From positions 1,248,001 to 1,312,000 of the forward strand of contig OZ252220.1 in NCBI GenBank assembly GCA_965249135.1: DNA of 64,000 nucleotides, in the 5' to 3' direction. This DNA is from Alphaproteobacteria bacterium. Its GTDB lineage: Bacteria; Pseudomonadota; Alphaproteobacteria; GCA-2746255. The notes under the pieces were generated by a model that worked only from the letters and a program-made list of their open reading frames with translations, did not search any database and was not told the DNA's origin. Shown one piece after another: positions 9,036 through 20,287 of the stretch. The number at the start of each line of letters is the position of its first letter. The first letter of the stretch is position 1. The position numbers and the translations under genes were made by a program.

Positions 9036-10111
9036 ACGCGATGGCGCGGCTGCTCCGCCGGCGGATCGAGCTTGGCGGACCCATCCCGCTTGCCGAATAC
9101 ATGGCACTGGCGCTTACCCACCCGGAGCACGGCTACTATCAACAGGCGGAGCCCTTCGGGACGGCCGGCGATTTCATCACCGCGCCGGAGATCAGCCAGA
9201 TCTTCGGCGAGCTCCTCGGTGGGTGGTGCGGGGCCGTCTGGGAGGCGCTAGGCAGCCCGAACCCGGTCCTTTTGGTCGAACTGGGGCCGGGCCGCGGCAC
9301 GCTGATGAAGGATGCGCTTCGCGCCGCCTGCAAGAAGGACGGCTTTCAAGAAGCAGCCCGGCTGCACCTGATCGAGACGAGCAGGCGGCTGAAGGCGCAG
9401 CAGGCGGAAAATTTGCGAGAATTTTGGCCGCTCTTTCACGAGCATCCGGGCGAGCTTCCGGACGGTCCGATCCTGCTTCTCGCCAACGAATTCTTCGACG
9501 CCCTTCCCATCCGCCAATTCGAACGCACGCAAAGCGGCTGGCGCGAACGCCTGGTCACCTTCGAGCCGGGCGCATCCGCCTTTCGTTTCACGCTTGCTGA
9601 CGCCGTGACGCCAGAGGTGCAAATACCGGCGCGCCTGCGTATAGCACCTTTGGGAAGCATCGCCGAGATTTCGCTGCCCGCGCTTGGGCTTGCCGCAGAC
9701 ATCGGCGAACGCGTATGCAACTTCGGAGGGGCCGCGTTGATTCTCGATTACGGCGCGCCGGAAACGCAAGTGGTTGCGACGTTTCAATCCGTGCATGCGC
9801 ATGGCTTCCACGACCCGCTCGCGCATCCAGGGGAGGCGGACCTTACCGCCCATGTCGATTTCGAATCCCTGGCCGAGGCGGCACGCGCCGGCGGCGCTTA
9901 CGCTACGGATTCGATTCCCCAGGGCCTTTGGCTTACGCGTCTTGGCATTCGCGAACGCGCAGAGCGGCTCTTGGAAGGGGTGGATCTTACGGATCGGTCC
10001 GCCATTCGCAGCGCCTGCCACCGCTTGATCGATCCGCAAGAAATGGGCACCCTGTTCCGGGCCATGGCGATCGCGCAACCAGATCCGATCGCCCTGCCCG
10101 GCTTTGACTAG
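9014..10111 (+). CDS. MidA/NDUFAF7-family SAM-dependent methyltransferase
   Basis: GDFITAPEISQIFGE, VELGPGRGTL, ANEFFDALP, DLTAHVDF; start uncertain (9014 or 9041). Confidence 0.88.
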   Translation: MEETARLNAMARLLRRRIELGGPIPLAEYMALALTHPEHGYYQQAEPFGTAGDFITAPEISQIFGELLGGWCGAVWEALGSPNPVLLVELGPGRGTLMKDALRAACKKDGFQEAARLHLIETSRRLKAQQAENLREFWPLFHEHPGELPDGPILLLANEFFDALPIRQFERTQSGWRERLVTFEPGASAFRFTLADAVTPEVQIPARLRIAPLGSIAEISLPALGLAADIGERVCNFGGAALILDYGAPETQVVATFQSVHAHGFHDPLAHPGEADLTAHVDFESLAEAARAGGAYATDSIPQGLWLTRLGIRERAERLLEGVDLTDRSAIRSACHRLIDPQEMGTLFRAMAIAQPDPIALPGFD

Positions 10112-10126
10112 GGGTGAAATGGTCCC

Positions 10127-10909
10127 GTGCTTACCCATCCGACCCTCGATTCGCTCCCGCATATCGCCCACGCCTTCTTTACCCGCGAAGGCGGGACGAG
10201 CGAGGGGATTTACGCCTCCTTGAATTGCGGTCCGGGTTCCGGCGACGCACCGGAACGCGTCGCGGAAAACCGGCGGCGCGCCATGACGCGGCTGGGGCTG
10301 GCCGCCGACGCGCTGGCGACGGCAAGGCAGGTGCATGGCCGCGCCGTCCTTTTCGTCGAACGGCCCCTGACACTGGGGGCGCCGTCGGGGTCAGCATCGG
10401 AGGCGGACGGGTTGGTCACGAACGTACCTGGAATCGCGCTTGGCGTGCTGACGGCGGATTGTGCGCCGGTTTTGCTTGCCGATGCAAAAGCCGGCGTCAT
10501 CGGCGCGGTCCATGCCGGCTGGCGCGGCGCCGCAGAAGGGGTGATGGAAGCCGTCATCGAGGAGATGGAAGACTTAGGCGCTGCGCGCTTACGGCTTTGC
10601 GCCGTCATCGGGCCCTGCATCGGCGCCCCATCCTACGAGGTGGGGCCTGAATTTCCGGCCCCCTTCCTTGAGCAAGATCCGGCCCATGCCCGGTTCTTCA
10701 CGGAAGCAAGCAAGGGGCGTTTCCGGTTCGACCTGGCGGCTTACGTCGAGGCGCGGCTGGAAGAGCTTGCCATTCCCAGCGTCGAGCGGATCGCAGCCGA
10801 TACCTATACGGACGCGGAGCGCTTCTTCAGCTATCGCCGCGCCGTGCTTGCGGGCGAGCCGGATTATGGCCGCACCCTTTCCGCCATCGCCATCAAAGAG
10901 GAGGCTTAG
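10127..10909 (+). CDS. pgeF: peptidoglycan editing factor PgeF / YfiH
   Basis: FFTREGG, QVHG, TADCAPVL, HAGWRG, FFSYRR. Confidence 0.92.
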   Translation: MLTHPTLDSLPHIAHAFFTREGGTSEGIYASLNCGPGSGDAPERVAENRRRAMTRLGLAADALATARQVHGRAVLFVERPLTLGAPSGSASEADGLVTNVPGIALGVLTADCAPVLLADAKAGVIGAVHAGWRGAAEGVMEAVIEEMEDLGAARLRLCAVIGPCIGAPSYEVGPEFPAPFLEQDPAHARFFTEASKGRFRFDLAAYVEARLEELAIPSVERIAADTYTDAERFFSYRRAVLAGEPDYGRTLSAIAIKEEA

Positions 10910-10993
10910 GCGCCGGTGCCCTATATGGTGCAGTTCCTTCTTTTTCTTTTTGTCGCCATCCTACTCGCACTGCTTGCCAGCTGCGTGTTCTAG

Positions 10994-11875
10994 ATGGGCA
11001 GGGGTTTGCGCATCGGAGCGTTCCTTGCAGGCTTCAGCGCCTTCCTTCTGATCGGCTGCGCGAGTCTTCCCCAGCCCTTCGCGCCCGAGGAACGCACGCC
11101 GGAAGAAGAAGCAACCCTGCTGCCGCCCCACGGGCAGGGCATGTGGGTCGGTGATTTTCGCGGCCTGCCTCCGGAGCAAGGCATGCGCGTCGCAGGCACC
11201 TTGCTTGCCACCCTTCACGCCGAAGGCATTCCGGCGAGCGCCGCCAACCGGAACGAAGCGTCCCTCGTGCTGGACGGGAGCGCGGAAGTCACGGAAGCCA
11301 ACGATGAAGGAATGCGCTTTGAGCTTCGCTGGACGCTTTCCACCGCGGCCGGCGAAGCGATCGGCACCGTCCATGAAACGCAAACCCTGCCCAAGGAGCT
11401 TTGGAAGGACGATCCGCGCACCCTCGACCGGCTCGCCATTTCGGCCGCCCGCAAGATCGCCCGGCTCGCCCGCGGCGACGAGCCGGTGGGCGCCTTGTCA
11501 TCCGCCGTGGCGGTGTGGCCGATCGACGGCGCGCCGGGGGATGGCAAACGCTCGCTCACCTTTGCCGTGCGCGCCGCCTTGGCGGAAGCCGGCGTGCCGC
11601 TTTCCGGGGGGAACCGGGAGCCGGGCCTGATCCTGCTCGGCGAAGTCCGGCTCGGCGAGGCAAAAGCCGGGCAACAGGAGGCCCGGCTTAGCTGGTCGCT
11701 GATCCGCCCATCCGGGGAGGCGATCGGTTCCTTCACCCAGGTGAACGCGATTGCCGAAGGCCGGATGGAGGGTGCCTGGGGGACGCTGGCACCGTCCATC
11801 GCCGCCGGCACGGCGGAAGGGGTCGTCGCGGTGATCAAACGGATGCAGCGGGAAAAACCGGTGAAAACCCAATGA
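10994..11875 (+). CDS. hypothetical lipoprotein with two repeated domains
   Basis: signal peptide ending in lipobox LLIGC; similar halves ([12 protein letters not shown] / [12 protein letters not shown]). Confidence 0.7.
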   Translation: MGRGLRIGAFLAGFSAFLLIGCASLPQPFAPEERTPEEEATLLPPHGQGMWVGDFRGLPPEQGMRVAGTLLATLHAEGIPASAANRNEASLVLDGSAEVTEANDEGMRFELRWTLSTAAGEAIGTVHETQTLPKELWKDDPRTLDRLAISAARKIARLARGDEPVGALSSAVAVWPIDGAPGDGKRSLTFAVRAALAEAGVPLSGGNREPGLILLGEVRLGEAKAGQQEARLSWSLIRPSGEAIGSFTQVNAIAEGRMEGAWGTLAPSIAAGTAEGVVAVIKRMQREKPVKTQ

Positions 11876-11984
11876 CTTTGCGCCGCCCCCGAAGCGGGCA
11901 ATGTCCTCCTTCGTCATTTACAAGGCGGGCGATCCGCTGCTACATTTCGCCCGCATTCGGCCGACAGGCCGTGAGGAAATCCGC

Positions 11985-12917
11985 ATGAAGGTGATCAGCT
12001 GCAACGCCAATCGGCCACTTGCCGAGGCCATCTCTACGTGGCTCAATCTGCCCCTCGCCAACGCCGAAATCCGGCGGTTCGCCGATAACGAGGTCTTCGT
12101 CGAGGTCCATGAGAACGTCCGCGGCGAGGACGTTTTCGCCATTCAACCGACTTCCTATCCGGCGAACGACAACCTGATGGAGTTGCTGGTGGCACTGGAT
12201 GCGCTGTGCTTGGGCTCGGCGCGCAGGATCACCGCCGTCATCCCCTATTTCGGCTATGCGCGTCAGGACCGGAAGACCGGGCCCAGGACTCCGATCTCGG
12301 CGAAGCTGGTGGCGAATCTGATCGGCATCGCGGGTGCGAACCGGGTGTTGACGCTGGACCTGCACGCCGCCCAGATTCAGGGGTTCTTCGACATTCCCGT
12401 CGACAATTTGTTCTCCGCCCCGGTCTTCACGCGCGACATTCGCGCCAATTACCAGGGCAAGGAGCTCACCATCGTGTCCCCGGACGTCGGCGGCGTGCTG
12501 CGCGCCCGGGCAATCGCCAAGCGCATGGATACCGACCTTGCGATCATCGACAAGCGGCGCGAACGCGCCGGGGTTTCCGAAGTGATGAACGTCATCGGCG
12601 AGGTCAAAAAGCGGCATTGTCTGCTGATCGACGACATCGTCGATTCGGCCGGCACGCTTTGCAACGCGGCGGTGGCACTGAAGGATGCCGGTGCGGATTC
12701 CGTGTCAGCCTACGTCACCCATGGCGTGCTTTCCGGCGATGCGGTGAAGCGGATCGAGGCCTCACCGCTTGCAACGCTTGTCGTCACGGACAGCATCCAG
12801 GCGACGAAGATGGTCGAGAAATCCAAGACCGTCCGGCAGATTTCGATCGCACCGCTTTTGGCCGAGGCCATGCTGCGAATCAGCGAAGAAAGTTCCGTTT
12901 CCTATCTCTTTAACTAG
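11985..12917 (+). CDS. prs: ribose-phosphate pyrophosphokinase
   Basis: [39 protein letters not shown]. Confidence 0.96.
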   Translation: MKVISCNANRPLAEAISTWLNLPLANAEIRRFADNEVFVEVHENVRGEDVFAIQPTSYPANDNLMELLVALDALCLGSARRITAVIPYFGYARQDRKTGPRTPISAKLVANLIGIAGANRVLTLDLHAAQIQGFFDIPVDNLFSAPVFTRDIRANYQGKELTIVSPDVGGVLRARAIAKRMDTDLAIIDKRRERAGVSEVMNVIGEVKKRHCLLIDDIVDSAGTLCNAAVALKDAGADSVSAYVTHGVLSGDAVKRIEASPLATLVVTDSIQATKMVEKSKTVRQISIAPLLAEAMLRISEESSVSYLFN

Positions 12918-12986
12918 GGAGAGGAAGCGTGGGGCACCGGCACCCCTGGAGGCCGGCGTCGAAGCCTAAGATAAGGAGAAGTTTCC

Positions 12987-13700
12987 ATGGCCAATATTGC
13001 AACCATCACCGCGGAAATCCGCGAACGGGCCGGAAAGGGGGCCGCCCGTGCCGAGCGCCGAGCGGGGCGCGTGCCTGCCGTCATTTACGGCAACAAGGAA
13101 GAGCCCGTCATCGTCTCGCTCGCCCCTCGCGAATTGAAGCAGGAAGTGCACAAGCCCGGCTTCTTCACGCGGATTTTCGACGTCGAAGTGAACGGCAAGA
13201 AGCACCGCGTACTGCCCCGCGACGTGCAGATCCACCCTTTGACGGATGCGCCAATCCATGTTGATTTCCTGCGCGTCTCGGAGGAAACGACGATCCATGT
13301 CGGGGTCCCGGTCGTGTTCGAGAATGAGGAGCTTTCGCCCGGCCTCAAGCGCGGCGGCGTGCTGAACATCGTCCGCCACGAGATCGAGATGGTTTGCAAG
13401 GCAATGGAGATTCCGCATTCGCTGTCTGCGAATCTCGATGGGCTGGATATCGGGGATGGCATCCACATCAGCCAGATCGAACTGCCCGAAGGGGTGCGGC
13501 CGGTCATCGCCGACCGCGACTTCACGGTGGCCACGATCGCCGCACCTTCCAAGCTGAAGTCCGTCGAGGAGGAGGAAGCCGAGGCGGTCGCAGCCGCCGA
13601 AACCGCCGCCCTTGCCGAGGCCGAAGGCGAAGGAGTCGAAGGGGTCGAGGGCGAGACCAAGCCCGAAGGCGAGGCGAAGGAAGAAGAAAAAGGCGAATAG
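12987..13700 (+). CDS. rplY: 50S ribosomal protein L25/Ctc
   Basis: GKGAARAERRAGRVPAVIYG, HVDFLR, PGLKRGG, acidic tail; AGGAG RBS. Confidence 0.95.
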   Translation: MANIATITAEIRERAGKGAARAERRAGRVPAVIYGNKEEPVIVSLAPRELKQEVHKPGFFTRIFDVEVNGKKHRVLPRDVQIHPLTDAPIHVDFLRVSEETTIHVGVPVVFENEELSPGLKRGGVLNIVRHEIEMVCKAMEIPHSLSANLDGLDIGDGIHISQIELPEGVRPVIADRDFTVATIAAPSKLKSVEEEEAEAVAAAETAALAEAEGEGVEGVEGETKPEGEAKEEEKGE

Positions 13701-13712
13701 GCGGGCCAAGCC

Positions 13713-14333
13713 ATGCTGCTTCTGGTGGGCCTTGGAAATCCGGGCCCGGACTCCGCGGGCAATCGCCACAATGCCGGTATCCTGGCGGTCGACGCGATCG
13801 CAAAGCGCCATGCCTTTGGGCGTTTCCGGGCACGTTTTCGCGGGCGCGAAGCCTCGGGCATGCTTGGCGGGGAGAAGGTGGTGGCGCTGAAGCCGGAAAC
13901 CTTCATGAACAATTCCGGAGCCGCCATAGCTGCCGCCGTCCGCTTTTACAAGCTCTCCCTCGACGACGTGCTGGTCGTTCACGACGACATCGACCTGGCG
14001 CCCGGCAAGATAAAGATCAAGCAGGGTGGCGGCGATGGCGGGCACAACGGCCTTCGCAGCATCGATCAACATTTGGGGCGCGATTACCGCCGCCTTCGCA
14101 TCGGCATCGGCCACCCCGGCCATAAGGACGAAGTCGCCGATTACGTGCTCAGGAATTTTTCGAAAAACGAGAAAGCCTGGCTTGAACCCTTGATCGATGC
14201 GATCGCCGATGAGGCGGAGCTGCTGGTTATCGACGAGGCCAAGTTTTTGACCCGCATCGCCCTTATCCTGAAGCCGCCGAAGCCAAAAGCGCCACCCGAC
14301 GATGTGGACGACGAGGGCACAAGTGGGGTTTAA
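13713..14333 (+). CDS. pth: peptidyl-tRNA hydrolase
   Basis: GLGNPG, NRHNAG, KPETFMNNSG, HDDID, GGHNGL. Confidence 0.96.
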   Translation: MLLLVGLGNPGPDSAGNRHNAGILAVDAIAKRHAFGRFRARFRGREASGMLGGEKVVALKPETFMNNSGAAIAAAVRFYKLSLDDVLVVHDDIDLAPGKIKIKQGGGDGGHNGLRSIDQHLGRDYRRLRIGIGHPGHKDEVADYVLRNFSKNEKAWLEPLIDAIADEAELLVIDEAKFLTRIALILKPPKPKAPPDDVDDEGTSGV

Positions 14334-15423
14334 CTGCGGCATCGTCGGCCTTCCGAATGTCGGAAAATCGACGTTGTTCAATGCGCTGAGTGCGACGGCG
14401 GGGGCGGACGTCGCGAACTACCCGTTTTGCACGATCGAGCCGAATGCGGGCCGCGTCGCCGTGCCGGACCCGCGCCTCGAAGAAATCGCAGCACTTGCAA
14501 AATCCGCACGCACCACACCGACCCATCTGGAATTCGTCGACAGCGCAGGTCTGGTGCGCGGCGCCAGCCAAGGCGAGGGCCTCGGCAACCAGTTCCTCAG
14601 CCATATCCGTGAGGTGGATGCCATCCTGCATGTGCTTCGCTGTTTCGAATCCGAGGACGTGACCCATGTGGAGGAAAGCGTCGATCCGGTCCGCGACGCC
14701 GAGACGGTCGATACGGAATTGATGCTGGCCGACCTCGAAAGCCTCGAGCGGCGAACCGCCGGCTTTGCAAAAAAGGTGCGCGGTGGCGAAAAAGCGCTTG
14801 GCGCGGAACTCGCCCTCATGGAACGCGCGAAAGAGACATTGGAAGAAGGCAAGCCCGCCTCGATGACGCCGCTCAAAGCGGACGAGGAGGCGGCCTTGAA
14901 GCGCCTTCAGCTGCTGACGGCGAAGCCGATCCTGTTCGTCGCCAATGTCGAGGAAGAGGCCGCAGGCCTTGGCAATGCGCATTCGAAGGCGGCGGAGGGG
15001 TACGCGAAGAAGCGCGGCGCGGGCCTGATCGTCATCTCGGCCGCCATCGAGGCGGAGGTGGCGGCGCTCGATAGCCCGGACGAACGCGCCGCCTTTCTCG
15101 CCACGCTGGGCCTCAAGGAAGCCGGGCTGGCGCGGGTCATCCGGGCGGGTTACGCGCTTTTAGATCTGCTCACCTTCTTCACGGCGGCCCCCAACGAGGC
15201 CAGGGCCTGGACGATCGAAAAGGGAACGAAGGCGAGCGAGGCCGCCGGCGTCATTCACACGGATTTTGCGCGCGGCTTCATCGCGGCGGAAACCATCGCG
15301 TTTCAGGATTTCATCGCCTGCACGGGCGAGCAGGGCGCAAAAGACGCGGGCCGAATGCGCCTCGAGGGCCGCGACTACGTGATCGAAGACGGCGACGTGC
15401 TGCGCTTTCGCTTCAACGTGTGA
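14323..15423 (+). CDS. ychF: redox-regulated ATPase YchF
   Basis: GIVGLPNVGKST, NYPFCTIEPN, GEGLGNQFL, C-terminal FRFNV; GTG start. Confidence 0.96.
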   Translation: MGFNCGIVGLPNVGKSTLFNALSATAGADVANYPFCTIEPNAGRVAVPDPRLEEIAALAKSARTTPTHLEFVDSAGLVRGASQGEGLGNQFLSHIREVDAILHVLRCFESEDVTHVEESVDPVRDAETVDTELMLADLESLERRTAGFAKKVRGGEKALGAELALMERAKETLEEGKPASMTPLKADEEAALKRLQLLTAKPILFVANVEEEAAGLGNAHSKAAEGYAKKRGAGLIVISAAIEAEVAALDSPDERAAFLATLGLKEAGLARVIRAGYALLDLLTFFTAAPNEARAWTIEKGTKASEAAGVIHTDFARGFIAAETIAFQDFIACTGEQGAKDAGRMRLEGRDYVIEDGDVLRFRFNV

Positions 15424-15436
15424 AGCGCGCGGACGC

Positions 15437-16114
15437 TTAGTCGTCGTTCGAGGCCGGGCCTGCGGCCATCGCCGCCGCGCCGTAGGTGCGAAACTTCTCA
15501 AGCACCGTCGCCATCTCGGCATCCGAAAGGAGCACCGGTTCGCCTATTGCAAGGGCCTGGGCATACTGTTCGGAAAGGGCCTCGACCTCGACGGCGAGAT
15601 CGAGCGTATCGCGAAGTGTCTTTCCGAGCGCGAGGATCCCGTGGTTGGCGAGCAGACAGGCGCGCCTTCCTTCGAGCGCCTCAACCGCATGATCGGAAAG
15701 CTCCTGGCTGCCGAAGGTCGCGTAGGGCGCGCAGCGGATGGAGGCGCCGCCCGCCACCGCCACCATGTAATGGAAGGCCGGAATGGGGCGGTTGAGACAG
15801 GCAAGCGCGGTTGCGAAGATCGGGTGCGCGTGAAGGATGACGTCGATTTCGGGACGGACGCTAAGGATATCGCGGTGAAAGCGCCACTCCGAGGAAGGAT
15901 CCTGGTTGCCCTGAACTTTGCCTTCGAAATCCATCGCCACCAGATCGTCCGGCAGCATGGCGTCGGGGTCCAACCCGGAAGGCGTGATCAGGAAGTGATC
16001 CGCCTCGCGCACGCTTAAATTCCCGGACCGCCCACGGTTCAAGCCCAGCTCGACCATCCGGCGCGCGCTCACGATCATCGCCTCGCGAAGGTTGGGATCG
16101 GTCTTTTCGTTCAT
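15437..16114 (-). CDS. class II aldolase (FucA-like; probable methylthio-/5-deoxy-ribulose-1-phosphate aldolase)
   Basis: [40 protein letters not shown]; start overlaps mtnA stop. Confidence 0.85.
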   Translation of the reverse strand: MNEKTDPNLREAMIVSARRMVELGLNRGRSGNLSVREADHFLITPSGLDPDAMLPDDLVAMDFEGKVQGNQDPSSEWRFHRDILSVRPEIDVILHAHPIFATALACLNRPIPAFHYMVAVAGGASIRCAPYATFGSQELSDHAVEALEGRRACLLANHGILALGKTLRDTLDLAVEVEALSEQYAQALAIGEPVLLSDAEMATVLEKFRTYGAAAMAAGPASNDD

Positions 16115-17226
16115 CCGGCCTCTTCCTTTCGCGAGCGATGCTCCGGATAAAGCGCCTCCAATCCTTCGCTCGAGGCATCCGCCAGCCCACGTTCGGTAAT
16201 GAGGCCGGTGACCAGCCGGGCCGGCGTGACGTCGAAGGCGACGTTTCGGACCGGGCTTGAGGCAGGCATGAGCTCGACGGTCGTCAAGCCGCCATCTGCG
16301 TCGCGGCCGGTGATGGTGGCGACTTCCGCCCCGTCGCGCTCTTCGATCGGAATCGCATGGACGCCTTCCTCGAGCTTCCAGTCGATCGACGTGCCGGGAA
16401 GGGCCACGTAAAACGGCACGTCGTTGTCGAAGGCGGCGAGCGCCTTTAAGTACGTGCCGATCTTGTTGCAGACGTCGCCGCCGCCGGTGGTCCGGTCCGA
16501 GCCCACGATGCAAAGATCGACTTCGCCCTGCTGCATCAAATGGCCGCCCGCACTGTCGACGATCACCGTGTAGGGAACCCCGTGCTGGCCAAGCTCCCAG
16601 GCGGTGAGGCTTGCGCCCTGGTTGCGGGGACGCGTCTCATCGACCCAGACATGAACCGGAATGCCGGCATCATGGGCGAGGTAAACGGGGCTAAGCGCCG
16701 TCCCCCAATCGACGGTGGCGAGCCAGCCAGCGTTGCAATGGGTAAGCACGTTGACCGGCCCCGATGCAGCCTTTCGATCAAAGATCGCCTGCAGCAAGGG
16801 AAGGCCATGTCGCCCGATCGCCGCGTTCTGGCTTACGTCCTCCTCGGCGATCGCAGCCGCCCGGGCGTAAGCCGCGGCCTCGCGCTCGGCCGAGCTTAAG
16901 CCTTCGAGATGGGCGGCCATGTCGTCCAGCGCCCAGCGAAGATTGACCGCCGTCGGCCGGGTGGCAAGGAGCACACGCACGGCCTCCTTCAGCGCCTCAT
17001 CGGAGGCCTTGGCCCGCATGGCGAGCGCCACCCCATAGGCCGCCGTCGCACCGATCAGCGGCGCGCCGCGGACCTCCATGTCGGCGATCGCGGTGGCCGC
17101 ATCCCTGAGGGTTTCCAACGCGATGCGTTCGAAACGGAAGGGGAGCTTCGTCTGGTCGATGATGCCGACCGATCCGCCATCGTCGTTCAGCCAAATCGTT
17201 CGCGTCGGTTTGCCTTCGACTTTCAT
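16111..17226 (-). CDS. mtnA: methylthioribose-1-phosphate isomerase
   Basis: [47 protein letters not shown]. Confidence 0.95.
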   Translation of the reverse strand: MKVEGKPTRTIWLNDDGGSVGIIDQTKLPFRFERIALETLRDAATAIADMEVRGAPLIGATAAYGVALAMRAKASDEALKEAVRVLLATRPTAVNLRWALDDMAAHLEGLSSAEREAAAYARAAAIAEEDVSQNAAIGRHGLPLLQAIFDRKAASGPVNVLTHCNAGWLATVDWGTALSPVYLAHDAGIPVHVWVDETRPRNQGASLTAWELGQHGVPYTVIVDSAGGHLMQQGEVDLCIVGSDRTTGGGDVCNKIGTYLKALAAFDNDVPFYVALPGTSIDWKLEEGVHAIPIEERDGAEVATITGRDADGGLTTVELMPASSPVRNVAFDVTPARLVTGLITERGLADASSEGLEALYPEHRSRKEEAG

Positions 17227-17239
17227 ACCTTCCTCGCAC

Positions 17240-18124
17240 TTATCCTTTCAGCACGCGTCCGGCGACGGCGTCGAGCCTGGCCATCAAATCGGGGTCCCGA
17301 ACGTCCTTGGCCGTGACGATCGCATCGTCCAACGCCCGGTCGCAGCCTTGCTGGCAAGGATCGTTGGCGCCGGTAAGCGGCACGACGGTACGCACCAGCT
17401 CGCGCGCCCGGTCGGCATTCGCAAAAAGCACCTTCAGGATCGCCTCGACCGTGACGTCGTCGTGGTCCGGATGCCAGCAATCGTAGTCGGTGACCATGGC
17501 GACGGACGCGTAACAAATTTCCGCTTCGCGCGCGAGTCTTGCTTCCGGCATGTTCGTCATGCCGATCACGTCGAAGCCTGCGCTCCGATAAAATTCGGAT
17601 TCCGCCAAGGTCGAGAATTGCGGGCCTTCCATCGCCAGATAGGTGCCGCCATGAACAAAGCGGATGCCGGCGCCCTTGCACGCTTCGGCGACGGCTTGGT
17701 TCAAGCGTGCGCAGACCGGTTTCGACATCGCGACATGGGCGACGAGGCCGGGCCCGAAAAAACTTTTTTCCCTGGAACTCGTGCGGTCGATGAACTGATC
17801 GACGATCACGAAGGTGCCGGGCGTGAGCTCCTCGCGGAGAGAGCCAACCGCGCTTAAAGAGAGAATCTCGGTGACGCCGGCGCGTTTCATCGCATCGACG
17901 TTCGCCCGGTAGTTGATGTCGCCGGGCGGCAGCCGGTGACCACGCCCGTGGCGGGGGAGGAAGACGAGATCGCGCCCGGCAAGGCGTCCGAAGAAGAATT
18001 CGTCCGATGGCGTGCCGAAGGGGGTGGCGATTGCTTCCCACCGCGTGTGTTCGAGGCCTTCGATCTCATAAAGACCGCTGCCGCCGATGATGCCGAGCGC
18101 GCCGGTCGCCTTCTTCTTTGCCAT
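17240..18124 (-). CDS. mtnP: 5'-methylthioadenosine phosphorylase
   Basis: [36 protein letters not shown]; alternative start at 18184. Confidence 0.93.
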   Translation of the reverse strand: MAKKKATGALGIIGGSGLYEIEGLEHTRWEAIATPFGTPSDEFFFGRLAGRDLVFLPRHGRGHRLPPGDINYRANVDAMKRAGVTEILSLSAVGSLREELTPGTFVIVDQFIDRTSSREKSFFGPGLVAHVAMSKPVCARLNQAVAEACKGAGIRFVHGGTYLAMEGPQFSTLAESEFYRSAGFDVIGMTNMPEARLAREAEICYASVAMVTDYDCWHPDHDDVTVEAILKVLFANADRARELVRTVVPLTGANDPCQQGCDRALDDAIVTAKDVRDPDLMARLDAVAGRVLKG

Positions 18125-18130
18125 CCAATC

Positions 18131-18175
18131 CCTTGCCTTTCGGGCCCTTGCCTTTCGGGCCCTTGCCTTTCGGGC
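18131..18175. repeat. 15-bp tandem repeat x3 (CCTTGCCTTTCGGGC)
   Basis: three exact copies just upstream of, or within, the mtnP N-terminus. Confidence 0.95.
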
Positions 18176-18215
18176 CGCCACCATCCTAGCCCGGCCGTGG
18201 CTTTAGAAAAAGCAA

Positions 18216-18238
18216 GGGCCGCCAGAAACTGGCGGCCC
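18216..18238 (-). terminator. intrinsic terminator after petABC
   Basis: GGGCCGCCAG-AAA-CTGGCGGCCC stem followed by TTGCTTTTT on the minus strand. Confidence 0.75.
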
Positions 18239-18264
18239 AGAATCGGGAAAAACTGGCGGCGCGC

Positions 18265-19050
18265 CTAGTGCAGCTTCGACCAGATCCGCCGCTTCACCGC
18301 GTACAGCATCGCCGTCAGCAGGATCACGAAGAGCAGGACCTTGAGGCCGAGGCTTTTCCGCTCTTCGAGCTCCGGCTCGGCCGTCCAGGCAAGGAAGGTG
18401 GAGACGTCCTTCGCCATCTGCTCGACACTGGCCGGCGTGCCGTCTTCGTACTCGACCAGGTCCTCGTACAAGGGCTGCGGCATGGCGACCTGGTGACCGG
18501 GGAAGCTGCGGTTGTAGGACATGCCCTCCATCATCTCGACGCCTTCCGGCGCCTCTTCCTCATAGCCGGTGAGCAGGCCGTAGATATAGTCCGCACCGCC
18601 TTTGCGCGCTTTCACGATGAGCGAGAGATCCGGCGGAAGTGAGCCGTTGTTCGCATAGCGGGCGGCGTTGTCGTTCGGGAAGGGGCTTGCGAAACGGTCC
18701 GAAAGCTTGCCCGGGCGGTCATACATTTCGCCCTCTTCGTCCGGGCCGTCCTCGATGACGGCCTCGGCGGCGATCTCTTTTGCCGCTTCTTCCGAGAATC
18801 CGATATCCATCAGATTGCGGTAAGCGATGAGATCGAGCCCGTGACAGCCGGAGCAGACCTCCTGATAGACCTGATGGCCGCGATGAAGGGCGGGCCTATC
18901 GAAGCGGCCGAAGATCCCATCGAACGTCCAGCTTTGCGTTTCGTATTCCGCCCCACCGGCAGCATTGGCCGGATGGGGGCCGCCCACAAGAAGGCCGAAC
19001 CCGATGACGATGAGAAGAAGGATGAGAAGAAGGAATCGTTCTTTGCGCAT
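18265..19050 (-). CDS. petC: cytochrome c1
   Basis: CSGCH heme motif, PPDLSL, AMPQPL, C-terminal TM anchor. Confidence 0.95.
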   Translation of the reverse strand: MRKERFLLLILLLIVIGFGLLVGGPHPANAAGGAEYETQSWTFDGIFGRFDRPALHRGHQVYQEVCSGCHGLDLIAYRNLMDIGFSEEAAKEIAAEAVIEDGPDEEGEMYDRPGKLSDRFASPFPNDNAARYANNGSLPPDLSLIVKARKGGADYIYGLLTGYEEEAPEGVEMMEGMSYNRSFPGHQVAMPQPLYEDLVEYEDGTPASVEQMAKDVSTFLAWTAEPELEERKSLGLKVLLFVILLTAMLYAVKRRIWSKLH

Positions 19051-19055
19051 CCTCG

Positions 19056-20276
19056 CTACCCCTTCGGCGGGCCGGTGGCTGCCACCGCCGATGCGATGCT
19101 TTCCGGCAAGGGCTTGGTTTTTTCGACCAGGCCCAGCAATGGGAGAATGATCAGGAAGTGGGCGAAATAGTAAGCCGTCGCCACCCGGCCGATGGTGATG
19201 AACATGCCCTCCGGCGGGTTCGCGCCGATCCAACCCAGAACGAAGCAATCCACCAGGAAGAGCCAGAAGAACTGTTTGTAGATGGGGCGAAAGCGGGCGC
19301 TTCGGACCTTCGAGCGGTCGAGCCAGGGAAGCACGAAGAGGATCAGGATCGAGCCGAACATCGCGATGACGCCGCCGAGCTTGTCCGGAATGGCGCGCAG
19401 GATCGCGTAATAGGGAAGGAAGTACCATTCCGGCACGATGTGCGGTGGCGTCGCCATCGGATTGGCGGGAATGTAATTGTCCGGCTCACCGAAGAAGTTC
19501 GGGGCGAAGAAGACGAGCGCCATATAGACGATGAAGAACACGCCGAGGCCATAGTAATCCTTCGCCGTGTAATAGGGATGGAAGGGGATGCTGTCCTGTG
19601 GCCCCTTCATGTCGATGCCGAGCGGATTGTTCGACTTCACCACATGCAGCGCCCAGATGTGCACCACGACGACACCCACAAGCACGAACGGCAGCAGGTA
19701 GTGGAGCGCGTAGAAGCGATTGAGCGTCGGATTGCCGACGGCAAACCCGCCCCACATCCAGGTGACGATGTCTTCGCCCACCAAGGGCACGGCCGAGAAC
19801 AGGTTCGTAATCACCGTCGTCGCCCAGAAGCTCATCTGACCCCAGGGCAGCACGTAGCCCATGAAGGCCGTCGCCATCATCAACAGGAGAATGATGATGC
19901 CGAGCCACCACAGAAGCTCGCGCGGGGACTTATAGGAGCCGTAATAGAGCCCCCGGAAAATATGAATGTAGACGACGATGAAGAACATCGTGCCGCCGTT
20001 CGAGTGAAGATAGCGAAGCAGCCAGCCGTAATTCACGTCGCGCATGATGCGCTCGACGCTGTTGAAGGCATGGTCCACATGGGGCGTGTACTGCATGGCG
20101 AGCATGATGCCGGTGAGGATCAGGATCACCAGCGTGATCCCGGCGAGCGACCCGAAATTCCACCAGTAGTTCAGATTCTTGGGCGTCGGATAATCGACCA
20201 GCGAGTGCTGGGTGAATGCGAAGATCGGCAGGCGATCCTCGATCCATTTTCCAACGCCCTTGTCGGGTGAAATCAT
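19056..20276 (-). CDS. petB: cytochrome b
   Basis: [27 protein letters not shown]. Confidence 0.97.
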   Translation of the reverse strand: MISPDKGVGKWIEDRLPIFAFTQHSLVDYPTPKNLNYWWNFGSLAGITLVILILTGIMLAMQYTPHVDHAFNSVERIMRDVNYGWLLRYLHSNGGTMFFIVVYIHIFRGLYYGSYKSPRELLWWLGIIILLLMMATAFMGYVLPWGQMSFWATTVITNLFSAVPLVGEDIVTWMWGGFAVGNPTLNRFYALHYLLPFVLVGVVVVHIWALHVVKSNNPLGIDMKGPQDSIPFHPYYTAKDYYGLGVFFIVYMALVFFAPNFFGEPDNYIPANPMATPPHIVPEWYFLPYYAILRAIPDKLGGVIAMFGSILILFVLPWLDRSKVRSARFRPIYKQFFWLFLVDCFVLGWIGANPPEGMFITIGRVATAYYFAHFLIILPLLGLVEKTKPLPESIASAVAATGPPKG

Positions 20277-20287
20277 CCGCGTGCCCC

